From NCBI GenBank assembly GCA_951406725.2, contig OX597822.1, positions 35,030,001 to 35,094,000 on the forward strand: a DNA stretch of 64,000 nucleotides, in the 5' to 3' direction. Position numbers and translations under genes: made by a program. The notes beneath the pieces are model-generated. The model did not search any database, had not been told where the DNA came from, and saw only the letters and a list, made by a program, of their open reading frames with translations. Shown here piece by piece: positions 24,903 to 39,221 of this stretch. The first letter of the stretch is position 1. Every line of letters starts with the position of its first letter. Source of the stretch: Octopus vulgaris. Taxonomy: Eukaryota.

Positions 24903-25580
24903 TAATTATACCAATATTCTGACGATGTCTCAGAAGCTATCAGCTTATGCGACTGAGATATAGGCTACCCACATGCATATGAATCGTAATTTTCTAATGA
25001 TGCCTGTTATTGATTCACGTACATTATTGATTCACGTACATTATTATAACTGCAAAGTGCTTCCTCCACCTTGGACGACGGAGTAAGAAGGAGTTTTTCG
25101 AACCTCACGTTAAGGCTTCCTGATGTGAAGGAGCTTTTGCTTTGCATGTAGTTGGATAATCCAAATAGACCTCGGTTGTTCATCTCACAGAATCACGTAG
25201 AGTGTAAATCAACGAAAGCACTTAATATATTTTGGAAATTCTTAACATAGGATTAATTGTTTTGGAAAACTTCCATCTTATCCATTGCTATAATGAGTAT
25301 TTGAACTGACATTTTGGTTGTACGTGAAAATTACATTAATTGACTGTAATAATTAAATATCGAGCAAATATGTATTTAGTAATAGGTGATAAATTACTTG
25401 TAATACACATCTATGCAGTACTATGGTTAACTAAAGCTTTGATTATTATCATTGAGTAATTACAGTCACCAGAGCACTTATGATATGTCAATTGTAAATT
25501 ATCCAATTTAGACAGCTTCTTTTTGTCGAAACTGAAGCCTTTGACGAGATACAAATGCATACAGTATTGTGGATAAACTA

Positions 25581-25747
25581 AGGTGGCGAGCTGGCAGAAA
25601 CGTTAGCACGCCGGTCGAAATGCTTAGCGGTATTTCGTCTGCCGCTACGTTCTGAGTTCAAATTCCACCGAGGTCGACTTTGCCTTTCATCCTTTCAGGG
25701 TCGATAAATTAAGCACCACTTGCGTACTGGGGTCGATATAATCGACT
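25581..25747 (+). mobile_element. SINE family A, 3'-truncated into a microsatellite
   Basis: GGTGGCGAGCTGGCAGAAACGTTAG..GAGTTCAAATTCC..CCTTTCATCCTTTC..GGGGTCGATATAATCGAC. Confidence 0.88.
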
Positions 25748-25754
25748 GTGTATA

Positions 25755-25794
<40 letters not shown>

Positions 25795-26134
25795 CACACA
25801 CACACACACTATCTTTAGTGCTCGGTCGTTGGGATTTTAAAGAACATAAAAGATTTGATGAAAGATCAAAATTTCAAATAGTGTTATATAATTTCTTAAT
25901 TTTTGTAATTTGCATAAAAATTAAAATAGGCAGCACTAATCCATGCAAAGATCTAAAAAAAAGATAAAAGTGGCCTTATTAAAAGTCATTTAGTAAAAAC
26001 GGATACAGAGCCAGAGAATATTCAAAATATTGTTCGACTGTATGTATATATATATAGATGATTGTATTTTTACCTTGTTAACAATTAACACGGAAAAATA
26101 AATAAATAGTTACCAGGACAGCAAAACTCCATTT

Positions 26135-26177
<43 letters not shown>

Positions 26178-26780
26178 GCTATATATTGTTCAGAGTCTAT
26201 GAATACAAAATATCTACATATACGTTACATTATGGCACAAGTGAATATAAAACAGTGAGGATATTTCTGCAAAGTTACTCGACCTGCTAGAAACAGTAAC
26301 CACATCTATCTCAAATTACGTTCTACAATCTTTTAAAAAAAAAGGGAGATTACATAATTTTAATATCGTCCGAAATAAACTATACATAAAAGGTTGGAAT
26401 AATCGTAGCCGGAATGTCTAATCAGAATTCTCCAGGATATGGATTGAACTATGCTACATATCAATAACAGCAACAACAACATGCAGGATCAAGAACCATT
26501 AAGGTAACACGTTTACACAATATGCTAGAAATAGCAGTCATCTCTCAATCTATAATCACTCTGCTGTCTTTTAATGGAGAAGATCCGAGGTAACGTTGTC
26601 TGGATATTTGAAAAACAAAACAGCCATCGATGGAAGGGACTTCTTTTATTATAGTTCTCTTTAATGAGGCTTAACCTGCGTCTGTTTAATAAAAGCATCA
26701 AGTGGAAACGGTTTGTCTCTTTATATTTTCAATCACGTAAACTTCCTTCATGTCAACGTAAACTATTTTGTGCGAATGAA

Positions 26781-27196
26781 GGCGGCGAGCTGGCAGAAAC
26801 GTTAGCACACCGGGCGAAATGCTTAGTCGTATTTCGTCTGGCGCTACGTACTGAGTTCAAATTCCGCTGAGGTCGACTTTGCCTTTCATCCTTTCGGGGT
26901 CGATCAATTAAGTACCAGTTACGCACTGGGGTCGATATAATCGACTTAATCCGTTTGTCTGTCCTTGTTTGTCCCCTCTGTGTTTAGCCCCTTGTGGGCA
27001 GTAAAGAAATACGTATTTCGACTGCCGTTACGTCTGGGTTCAAATTCCGCCGAGGTCGACTTTGCCTTTCATCCTTTCGGAGTCGATAAATTAAAGTACC
27101 AGTTACGCAGTGGGGTCGATGTAATCGACTTAATCCGTTTGTCTGTCCTATGTTGTCCCCTCTGTGTTTAGCCCCTTGTAGGTAGTAAAAAAAATA
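26781..27196 (+). mobile_element. SINE family A head-to-tail dimer
   Basis: Full unit plus a second unit starting at GTATTTCG; TSD TATTTTGTGCGAATGA / TGTTTTATGCGAATGA. Confidence 0.9.
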
Positions 27197-28184
27197 TGTT
27201 TTATGCGAATGATATTTGTAAGCTATGTGTTCAAATTCGTTAGAATTCCCAATATTGTTCCCATTTTCTGCTTTCTAAGTTCAAACTCCCTTCAGAATTG
27301 ATAAAGTAACAACCAACTAATTTGCACCGTTTTCTCCTCCTCCTTTTTCTCTCTTTATATTTCTTTCAGGGACTCAGCGATATTGAAGTGGGGTATTAAA
27401 ATTGTATTTACATCAGGGTCGTCACTAATTTTTTAACCACCAGTTTTAAGAAAATCAAATAATGAAACAGGTTCTTACCAACAGATGAATAAATGATGGA
27501 GACAATGATGCTTGTACTTTCTATGGATCAGTAAATATCGATATTTATGAGCTACACTTTATTTCCAACTATACAATTCAAAATTTAGTAGTATAGATTT
27601 TATCTCATTTATTTAATTAAAATTCTCTATTTCTTGTTACAAAAATGCTATCACATTCTCATGTGTTTCAAGATAATTGTGCTGACGAATATTTATTAGA
27701 AAAATTAATTTATGATAACATAATGAATAAAATAAATGAAGAACATATATCCGCTATCCAGCAGAGTCACAAGTGAAAAGGTACACTTCGGGGCAGTAAT
27801 GTTAAAACTATTATTCAAATCACATAAAAGGAAAATGATGGTGGAAGTATTAACTTGCAGTAGATTTAAAAGAGAACATTTTCAGATTCAACTTTTTATT
27901 TCATTATATTTTATTTTTAATACTATACATTATCAAAATACATCGTTGTTTGATGTTTCGGAAAGTTTAAACTGTTTGCTCATAAATCAACAAAAACTAG
28001 TTATATATAGTTTCTTTTTATCATATAAATAAACTAGATCTTGAAATATCTTAAAGGGAGAATAATGCCACAGTAAATTTTACATCATGGATTGTCATCA
28101 TATGTTGTAGTAGAAAATGTTTTCTGCGATTATGCAGACAATTTCCTGTATGAACGATTAATATATTCTTCACAAACAGCGTAC

Positions 28185-28353
28185 AGGCGTAGGAGTGGCT
28201 GTGTGGTAAGCGGCTTGCTTGCAAACCACATGGTTCCGGGTTCAGTCCCACTGCGTGCCCCCTTGGGCAAGTGTCTTCTACTATAGCCTTGGACCGACCA
28301 AAGCCTTGTGAGTGGATTTGGTAGACTGAAACTGAAAGAAGCCCGTCGTATAT

Positions 28354-28443
<90 letters not shown>

Positions 28444-28655
28444 TTGTGTGCCTGTGTTTGTCCCCTCAACATCACTTGACAATAGATGCTAGTGCGTTTA
28501 CATCTCCGTAACTTGACGGTTCGGCAAATAGAAGCCGACACACTAAGTACTAGGCTTACAAAGAATAAATCCTGGGGTCGATTTGATCGGCTGAAGGTGG
28601 TGCTCCAGCATGACCACAGTCAAATGAGTGAAACAAATAAAAGAGTAAAAGAGTA
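28185..28655 (+). mobile_element. SINE family B, full length
   Basis: Colinear with 14814-15280, with internal (TA)n(TG)n. Confidence 0.9.
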
Positions 28656-29589
28656 AACAGTTTTGAGGTGGATAAAGAAATTTACTGTCAAAGTTCAATG
28701 TTCTTTTATAGGGCCAGTTCAAGATTTTTTTTTAAGAATGTAAATATGAAATATCGCGTGTTGGACCCACGATCGTAAGACTGGGAGATGCAACGTGCTC
28801 TTGAGCACAACAATTCCTTTCACGTTTATCTAGTCCACTCAACTGGTAAAATTTAGTAATCCTACGACGGATGGCGTGCCATCCAGGAGAGGAACTTATA
28901 TGTCGGACAAACTGGGAAATTGGTCTTAAACTACTTATGGACTAATCTAGACGAAACAAATATGAAATATCTAGAACTGTATCTTAGCAACATTTCATGG
29001 ACTGTAGATGAGCTAATAAGAGAAACACTGTTAACAAAAGATTTATTGTGTTTAATTTTCACACCCAAAATAAATTAATATCATGTTGATGTTTGTATGG
29101 CGAGATAAATTTATCTGTGCTAATATTACCATTACCTTTTAAAGAGCATGTGAGTGAATGTGCTTATCAGTTTCAGAATTGGAAATGTTGAATATCATTG
29201 GTTTTATGTTCACTGAGATCATTGCTCGGCGTACATGTGTTTATATTTAGTCAACTAGGCTCCAGAAAGCTATTCGTGGAACCGTCAAAAGTAAAACATT
29301 GGATGAGTTAAAAATAAGGAATAAAACCAGTCATATATCGGGCTTCTGAAAATGTATTGTGCTAAACCCAGGTAATAAGGTACGTGACAACGAGTGTTTC
29401 TTTGGCTCCAAAACATTATTATCTTCAAGGGTGAGTATGAGGCAGGTTGAGGAAGCAACAAAATTAAGACATGTATTAAGTGCAATCGACTGCAACCGGG
29501 AGTATTTGAATGCATGCGTGTGTGTGTGTGTATGTGTGAGAATCTACCAGCGTGTCTATGTGTCAGAGGTAGAATATGGCTGAAAGGTA

Positions 29590-29929
29590 CTCTTTTACTT
29601 GTTTCAGTCATTTGACTGCAGCCATGCTAGAGCACCGCCTTTAGTCGAGCAAATCGACCCCCAGAACTTATTCTTTGTAAGTCTAGTACTTATTCTATCG
29701 GTTTTTTTTGCTGAACAGCTAAGTTACGGGGACATAAACACACCAGCATCGGTTGCCAAGCGATGTTGGGGGGTGGACAAACACATATATATATACATAT
29801 ATGCGACGGGCTTCTTTCAGTTTCCGTCTACCAAATCCATTCACCAGGCTTTGGTCGGCCCGAGGGTATAGTAGAAGACACTTGCCCAAGGTGCCACGCA
29901 GTGGGACTGAACACAGAACCATATGGTTG
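29590..29929 (-). mobile_element. SINE family B, slightly 5'-truncated
   Basis: Reverse complement of the family B body; short internal TA tract. Confidence 0.88.
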
Positions 29930-31009
29930 ATAGATTTTACGACTAACGAAGACCAGGGCGGTATTATTTTGGCTACGGATTGTGTCTACCGACCAAGTAA
30001 GCCATGGTGGAATTTAAACTACAAATGCACGGACCCGCGAGGAATCTGGTCAAACATTGTTATTGATTCGCCAAAGCCCTCAACTTCGGTTATATTTTTG
30101 TTTGTTGTTATCCATCCCAAAACAAAGAGTTGGTCTCAATGGGATTTGAACTGAACTCATAGAATAGAAAGTCAGAAAATATAAAGTGAGTTATTTTGTC
30201 CTACGCTCTAACACCCATTTGACAGTGTTTGAAAAATGTATATATTCTGAATCTATTTATTTTGAACTCCTGTTACATCTTTGATTTGTATTTTATAATG
30301 TCGCCTATTGAAATTTTGTTGAATCGGTTCATTAAGATGTAAATGTATTTTCAAGAGATGCAGACACATTGATTACAATATAAACGTTTTTGTTTCTTTT
30401 ATCTCTCGTCTACATTTCACATTTTAAAACTATTATAGTTGCTCTCATTAAGATTTAGATCAACAGTCAAAATATTTATAATCATATGTATTCCTGCTAT
30501 GATGATTTCGATATTTTAGGAGCATCTAGCATCATGTTACCTAATGTGTGACTTTTCATTCTAAAAGAGAGAACAGAAGGGATAGAAGGTTGATTTCGGG
30601 AGACTAGACTGTTGTATCTAACAGATAGAGCAACCATATAAATGCTTTTTTCATAGCTCGAGAGTGGACAGTTGCGGTAGAGCATTGTGGAAATGAAAGA
30701 GAGAGGGGGAGGGAGCGAGAGTGACTAAGAAAGGGAGAAAGACATAAACAGAATAAATGAAAAAAGAAAGAAAGTAGAAGAGTATATTATACATAAAAGA
30801 CACTTCGATATCTATGCCATTATGATTTCTAGTTTTCATTGAACAATTTAATAAAGAGTCGCAGGCATGTTTGTGGTTACAATGTTCACTTTAAAAACAC
30901 ATGAGTTTGGATGAAGTTTTACAATGCGGAATCATGAGAATGTATATTTTACAATGGGCAAACGAATGCATTGTGAAAAAATCTGATTGGTCCAGAATGC
31001 ACGAAAGCC

Positions 31010-31500
31010 CGTGCCATGACATAGGTTTATACCGCGACGATGGTTTAGACATATTTTATGATTGTGATGGATATCCAATTGATAAATTTATGAAAAATCT
31101 GATGAATACATCTAGTCAATTAGGCCTCAGAATCATTGTAAGCATAACAGCTCTAAAGTCAAATTCTTGGATGCTTCCCTAAAGCTAAACTTGTAATAAT
31201 GCCCCAGTGAAAAACTGTCGTGTTATATAAACAGGTGTTTTCTCGTCCCACCAGACGCCTTATAGCTAATGCCAATAATAGGATATCTATTCTCTCCTCC
31301 CCTTAGGAAATATTCGATAAAACAGCCCCCTGCTTAATAATTCCCCAACTAACAGTGACTTTAAAAAAAGATGATTTACAACACAATATTTAAAAATATG
31401 AAGCCTTAAAATGACAACTATATGGGTCGCTCCAAACTCTCTTTTCTTTACTAAGGTAAAATTCCAGGTTTTTATATATAAGCATTTCCTAGAAAATCCA
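31010..31500 (+). pseudogene. Penelope-like RT fragment (YRDDG type)
   Basis: HDIGLYRDDGLDIF..LGLRIIV then KFLDASL and IFDKTAP in shifted frames, typical of PLE RT motif C and thumb. Confidence 0.7.
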
Positions 31501-31506
31501 TGCCCC

Positions 31507-32296
31507 CTACTCCACGCTGAGCCCAAAAGACCGTGCATCCACTTGCCTGTTGAATGAGGGTTGGACACGAGCCTGGTTTGGAGGTGGTAAGTTATCGTGC
31601 TTTCGTTGCTTCGATTGGACTTTAATCTCAGGACCATGGTGATGGACCCATGTTTCATCCTGTGTGATAAATCTGCCGAAATGTCTTCCTCGTTTTCTTG
31701 GCACATTGCCAAAAGAACCTGGGAGCAGTTGACTCGTTCCTGCTTCTAAGCAGGTGTGATCATCTGAGGAATCCATCGTGCAGACAATGTCGGCATGTGC
31801 AAATGGTCGTGAATGATTTTTTTCCACGGACTCTACATTTATCTTCACTTCTTGGGGTAGCTACCGAATAGTTATGCGGCAATCCTCCAAAATCGCAGCT
31901 TCCACTTTATGGATGATATCATCAATAGCAGAATGTGGAATACGAGCAGTTTCCCTAACCCTAACTCTAACCCTGACTACATTTAAACTGGCGATGCTAT
32001 TGCTTGACTACTTCGTATGATAATGCATCGTCACCATAAACTTTTTTCGTCTCATCGAAAGTCATTTTTGGTGTACGACACTTCAAGTATAAGAACTTGA
32101 TCGCTGATCTGCATTCAACTACCTCCGTTATATCATCTTAGCCATCTTCAGCACCCGTAAAAGACGAACAAATATTAGTGGAAAGCTGCAATTTACAATG
32201 TGACATGTAGATACATGTACAATTATACCTGTACAAGTTCCGTTTCCTGCAATAATCGGGTGTGAGTCAGGTGAAACCTTTAATGAAGACCCCTTG
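31507..32296 (-). mobile_element. 3'-truncated mariner transposon relic
   Basis: Minus: ECRSAIKFLYLKCRTPK..VYGDDALSYEVVK (HTH region) and FITQDETWVHHHGPEIKVQSKQ (first catalytic Asp region); TIR-like end near 32270-32296. Confidence 0.9.
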
Positions 32297-32711
32297 AACA
32301 TCGTTAATTTGTTTTTTTTATTTAAGCGTTAGTCGTTTATGGCTCAGTTTTGATTGTAGCATTTATAATGTTGGCTTTCAAATTGAAACAGAAATAAAAC
32401 AACTGCATGTAATCAGAGTAGCTTCCTTATCATTTGCACAGGGTCGGGTCGATTAAAATCTTTTGAGTGAAATTTGATAGAAGCCATCGTAGGAAGCGTT
32501 TATATACATTCGTGATAGGCTTAAACATCACCAAATTCAACATCACTTCATGAGGTTTTTGTTTGGCATCATAGAGGAGGTTGCTCTAATGCGAACATTT
32601 TATCCAAGTGTCCCACCTGAAAATAAATGTCTCCCTACCGATCTTCAATTTTCGGGATGCTGAAAATGTTCATAGGCGCCACCCCTTCTATTAACACTGC
32701 AATTTAAATTA

Positions 32712-32980
32712 ACGGTAAAGCTTGCTCGTGAAATTAACGTGCAAATGTCTGGGCAATCCACAGAAACATTTACCCCTAATGTAATTCTCAGGGTGATTCA
32801 GCATGACAGAGTGTGACAAGGCTGGTCTTTTGAACTACAGGTACTACTCATTTTTGCCAGCTGATGATCTGGAGCAACGTGAAACAAGGTTTTGCTCAAG
32901 GGCACAAAGCGTCGCCAGGAATTGAACTCACAACCTTACAATCCTGAGTCGAATGCCCTAACCACTAAGCTACGCGCTTT
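32712..32980 (-). mobile_element. tRNA-derived SINE (further family)
   Basis: Minus head GCGCGTAGCTTAGTGGTTAGGG..GAGTTCAATTCC, then CCCTTGAGCAA..TTTCACGTTGCTCCAG. Confidence 0.8.
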
Positions 32981-34711
32981 CACGCAATTTAGTTAAGTCA
33001 TAAAGACAGTTAATTCAAGTATTCCTTCAAATCAATAGCAATCGCATCAATTTTAGTGAAACATGTTCTATTGTTCATTTTACTGGCTACAGCCATTGGA
33101 CTCAGGTTGTATTAGAGACAACACTTTGAAGAGAATAGGCGAGTATATAGATCCCAATACTTATTTTATCGAACGGAACATATTTTATCAATCTCAGAGA
33201 ACCAGAAGTCAAGTCAGCCTTCAAAAGAATTATTTGCAGAACGTACATGTTATAACCAAATACCATAACGTGTTCTTTTTTCCAATGATTCTCCGATTCT
33301 GCTACGTAATGCGGTTCCATACGTAAAGTGTGCCAAAAATAACTGATTCCAAATATCCAATTTTGTTTATCCAATTGAACCATTCTAAATATTTCGTTAG
33401 ATAAAAGCCGAGGGGATTGAGTTGGTGCCTAAGCCAGTTCGAGACTACATGAACCTCTAAAAAGAAATTGTAACACAATATACCAAATATTTTCAAGTCC
33501 CCATAAACTCTTCCGAGTAACATGTGTATCGTCTTAGTAAAAAATATTGCGAAAAAATTATTTTAAGAACCCAGTATTCAGCTGTATTCAAATATCATAT
33601 CTCTAAGACCATTTCATAGATAGTTTCACATTATTTTGTACTATCTTGTATCGTCTTAGTCATCCTACTAAAAAATGCAAGTCAGTTTCATTGCTGAAGA
33701 ACAAATTTCATCAAGAGAATATTTTAGCTTATCTACAGACATAAACATGTACAGAGATTTAAAACTTTACCGAGGTTCTTTAGAATTCTTTCGTGACTAT
33801 ATCTCTCATGTTCACAAGCTGAGAGATTCCAGCAATTCTTAGCCATCTTTACCGAATATAAATCGTTTTCTGATTCTGCGCTATAGTTATTTGGTTGTAT
33901 TTTACGTATTAATATTGCGTGGCACACTTCCAATGCTTTATTGCTGACACAACTGACAAAGAAGGATCACTGAAATCAGTACGTAGAAAATGTCCTGCTA
34001 GTTTTCTATATTGTTCTATATTTTCTATATTGTACTCTTGGCAACTAAAAGTTTACTTTTAACATTCAGAAAAGCTACAGAGCCTCTTCAGAATGACACT
34101 TTTCAATGAACTCTGATAATAATACGCGTGTTACCAGTTTTACGTATTTCTAAATTATTCTTTACTATTAAAGAATGATTGTATAAATGGCGTTGAGATA
34201 TCTAAATAGCTATTTGAAAAAAAGTAAACTTCTGTTATTTTCATTCACCGAAATGTCTTATTTTCATTTACCTAAATCCCCATCAATCTATATTATTTAT
34301 CTGATGTGATTATATAATTGCACGCATTCTCAAGAAATAGAGTGGATATATTACATGCGATATAGAGACTGGATATGTGTGAATATGTATGTGTCGCTTA
34401 TGTCCTTGCATATATCAGAACATCGATTCGACATACAGACCAGAGAGAGAGAACGAGTATAAGATTCCTTTCCAGTAATCTCTTTTTTAAACTTTCTTCT
34501 TTCTTTCCTTTATGTTTGACTCCCTCTACCCTCAGCCTCTTTCCCTGTACGCTCAACTGCTTCTTCTAGTTTTCGCAATAATTCATGCTAACTCTCAACA
34601 GTCTTTCCATAACGTTTGGCCGTATAGTCTGGATACAAAAGTGAAATAGCATATTTTCAATAATTTTAGTATTCAATAATTTAGTATCAAAGAATAACAT
34701 TTTCAACATAC

Positions 34712-34880
34712 ACTTCGTCCGTCTTTACATTCTGAGTTCAAATTCCGTCTAAGTCGAATTTGCCTTTCAACTTTTCGGGGCCGATAAAATAAGAACCAGT
34801 CGGGCAATGGGGTCGATGCAACCGACTAACCTTCTCCCACACAAATTACTAGCATCTTGCCAAAAATTGAAACTAATATA
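34712..34880 (+). mobile_element. SINE family A, 5'-truncated
   Basis: TTCTGAGTTCAAATTCC..TTGCCTTTCA..GGGGTCGATG body. Confidence 0.78.
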
Positions 34881-35075
34881 GTCAGTTCAATTTGATATAT
34901 CTTCTGGTGATTACTAACAAAGGTGAAATAGACAAATTGAAATAAGATCCAACGCTCTGTATTTTATCCATGTGTTCATGTTAAGCTTTATATTCCTGTA
35001 TTAAAGACACGTACGACATATGTATATTTGAGAGTTAATACAGTATCCGCCCGGATAATATATACCTGTAAACTC

Positions 35076-35077
<2 letters not shown>

Positions 35078-35145
<68 letters not shown>

Positions 35146-35173
35146 TATATGTATGTATATATATACATATATG

Positions 35174-35212
<39 letters not shown>

Positions 35213-35411
35213 ATATATATGTATGTATGTGTATATGTATGTATGAGTATAGATATGTATGTATATATATATGTATATATATATATATATATAAATATAT
35301 ATATATGTATGTGTATATGTATGTATGAGTATAGGTATGTATGTATATATATATATATATATGTGTATATATATATATAAATATATATATATGTATGTAT
35401 GAATGTATAAA

Positions 35412-35449
<38 letters not shown>

Positions 35450-35558
35450 TATACATATATATACATATATATATATATACATATATATATATACATATAT
35501 ATATATACATATATATATATATTTACATATATATACATATATATATATATATATGTAC

Positions 35559-35651
<93 letters not shown>

Positions 35652-35671
35652 TATATATATACATACATATA
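35078..35671. repeat. ~600-bp compound (TA)n/(TATG)n/(TACA)n microsatellite
   Basis: Direct reading; source of the YIYI ORFs. Confidence 0.95.
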
Positions 35672-36902
35672 TCAACAAGAATGAGAATGGAGAAAATCCC
35701 ATCGTTATTTGGTGGTTACACGATAGGTTCTATTTTGCCAGTATTTAGATACAAAAAATATCAGTCATATTAGTATATCCGAGAATATATGTTAACACAT
35801 CGTTATCAAGGTAATCCAAAATTGTTTTAATTCAAAGTGAACTAAAAAAAAAAACATCTCCAGAATCATATGATTTGCAGGACATAAATTGACTTCTCAC
35901 ATGATTCTCACCATAAGTAATGCACAGTTCGATGCACTGGCCTGATTCACATGAACCGATACAGTAACTCCATATTTCCGGCAATTTGTCCTAATTTTAT
36001 TGATACCTTCTACATTTACAACTTGTTTTATGTTCTTTGAGTTACACTCTGAAAAACGCAGAATAATTCCCATACTTCCGGATTCTTAATATACATTTTT
36101 CTCGTCAATACATCTAAGCCTCGATTTTCGGAAAGGTAGTTCATTCTTGATGATTCTGTCACTTAAATGCAATTACGTAGAATGGAAAATATGTAATTCT
36201 CCAACATATGCAATACAGAGACTGTACAAATAAAGAGAAATGGCGCTAGTTTATATCTTTCAAATCGTATGGTTGTATAAGACTGTAAAATACTATAGGG
36301 AGAGGAAACTATATTAAAATATCTTTCTTTGAATCAACTTACAAATAAAATTCTGTACTGGGACGCCAACAAAGGTGATGCCTAAAGCAATATTGCTTCG
36401 GAATTATTTATATATATATATTACATATAATAGAAGACTTGTTGTTTCTCATAAGCAAAAAGACTACTTTATTTTGCAGTACTATTTATTCTTTAGGGAA
36501 CTATACCTACGGCAATCCTTGTTCGAATCTTAAGTATTATCATATCAGATCTAACTAATACTGTGAAGCATAAATATATTGATTTCAAACAACTGGTTAT
36601 TTGTACTACTATGGCTAAGTGTAATTCTAAACAACATGTGTGTGTGTATCAGTATAACTATGTGTGTGCGTGTATGTATAAGTGCCTGTATCCCTTTGAA
36701 CGATATGTAGCCAGCAAGAAAACTTTAAAGGTATTGCTGTACGAAGAAATCGCCTTCAGATATTTGCTCTGAATCTAATCAGAAAAGCACCTTTGTATTT
36801 AAACTTTTAGCAATGATATGAAACAAAAGTATATTCTGTTGTTGACCTGTGATGCACGCTACTATTCTTCCTGATGCGCAACATAAAGTACATACGCGGA
36901 TG

Positions 36903-37460
<558 letters not shown>

Positions 37461-37929
37461 ATATATATTGGCCTGCTCGCTTAGCCAGCGGGGTGGCGTC
37501 ATTTGGAGGCTAAAACAATGGGAAGCACATTGTGACCAGCGATGTGTAGCAACATCTGATAGCCTGGTCGGTCACGGTGATATATATATATATATATATA
37601 TATATGACTTTTTTAGCTGTCGGATGCATTATAAATCTTAATAGAATTTATCACTCCTTACATCGACACAAGAGCGGTGTAGTCATCCGATTTGATATCC
37701 AATATGTCAGTAGAATTTACTGTTTTTTTAGTTCAGATGAATTAAAGGCAAACCAACCCAGAAGTACTTTAAGTCCAGTTACTAAATACTGTGAATTATT
37801 TTGTTTGGTGTTCTATTGGAAACCGCTGCTCTTCACACTTCCTCTCTCTTCCCCCTTTTCTCTCTCTCCACATCTTCCCTCTCTCTCTCTCCACATCTCC
37901 CCTCTCTCTCTCTCCTTCATTTTCTTCCC

Positions 37930-37975
<46 letters not shown>

Positions 37976-38811
37976 TTTCATAATAAATCAAAGCCAATAT
38001 TTGAAATATATTCATGTCAAAATCAAGTTATAGAATCGAAGTCTTTAATTAAGGAAAAGTGATATTTATGAAAGAATAACCAGAAAATTCTATTGACTTT
38101 TTAAGATATTTTACGATATTTTCTACATTTATTCATCATCATCTACGAATAAATTAAGATTAGGTAAATACCATTGTATCATATAATGTACGTTTGCAGT
38201 TTTGAGATAGATGCCAGATACTTTTTTTAAAATTCCTAATTACATTCACCTTACAATCTGTTATATTTATTACATTTCCTTGCTCTGTATTATCTTAATT
38301 AGAACATATTGAGGAGTAAATGCGAAATTTAATATCAAAATCTACATGAGATTTAAATCAATTTTTACAACTCTATTGCAGATATATTTGCAGAATAGTG
38401 CATATAAGTTACATATAAGTGCATTCCTCGTTTCTTTTATGCACTCTCAAAACATGCGTATTGTATATCAGCTTTTTGAAAACAGAAGCTGTAATATTAA
38501 GTATATTTACTGGCAATTTTCAGAAATCGCTTTACAATAATGACTTTCGTTAATGTTTCGAGAAGAACGTATCATGCATCATTTAATATCTATTTGAAAT
38601 AAAGTTTCTATTAGGAAAACGTAAATGTTCCTTGTGTGAAGTAAGTTGGGTAAATCTCAGTACCAAAGCTACTTCTTATCATATTTTGTAAAATTGAAAG
38701 TTCTTTTGATTCAATTACTCACGTAAAATGTGAAGAATAGCAGGAGCTTATTGAGAGAGGAATAGTTAAAAAGAAATTTATATATACAGGCAAAGTTAAA
38801 AAGAAATATAA

Positions 38812-38897
<86 letters not shown>

Positions 38898-39080
38898 ATA
38901 TGTATGTGTGTGCATATATGTATAACTTGTTATTAACATGAAACAATAAAGGGAAAATACTTTCATTTTTCTGGGCACATTGCTTGCTAACTACAATCAT
39001 ACATACATATATGATTGTGTGCATCTGTGCTTGTGCATGTATATAGATAGATACACATGCACACACACACGCACGCACAT

Positions 39081-39127
<47 letters not shown>

Positions 39128-39221
39128 TGCAGATATTTGCTCATATATGCAGATATATGCTCATATATGCATATATATATGCATATATATATATATATAT
39201 AGGTATATATATATAAACTTA

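Noticed and set aside
25007-25045. 17-bp tandem duplication TTATTGATTCACGTACA x2
   Set aside because: Real but most simply a slippage/repair duplication; no associated element.
26781-27196. Repeated palindromic GTCGAT..ATCGAC units resembling a CRISPR array
   Set aside because: The intervening sequences are repeated too, there are no cas genes and the context is eukaryotic; these are SINE multimers.
27340-27420. Polypyrimidine-CAG acceptor-like sites (also 22713, 51224, 63981) and donor-like AGG/GTGAGT at 29430
   Set aside because: No consistent exon chain or recognisable peptide; such motifs arise by chance in AT-rich DNA. RNA-seq is needed.
32861-32890. CTGATGA...GAAAC spacing like a hammerhead
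   Set aside because: No stem II; it lies antisense within a SINE body whose relative at 45208 reads CTGAGTGAACTG.
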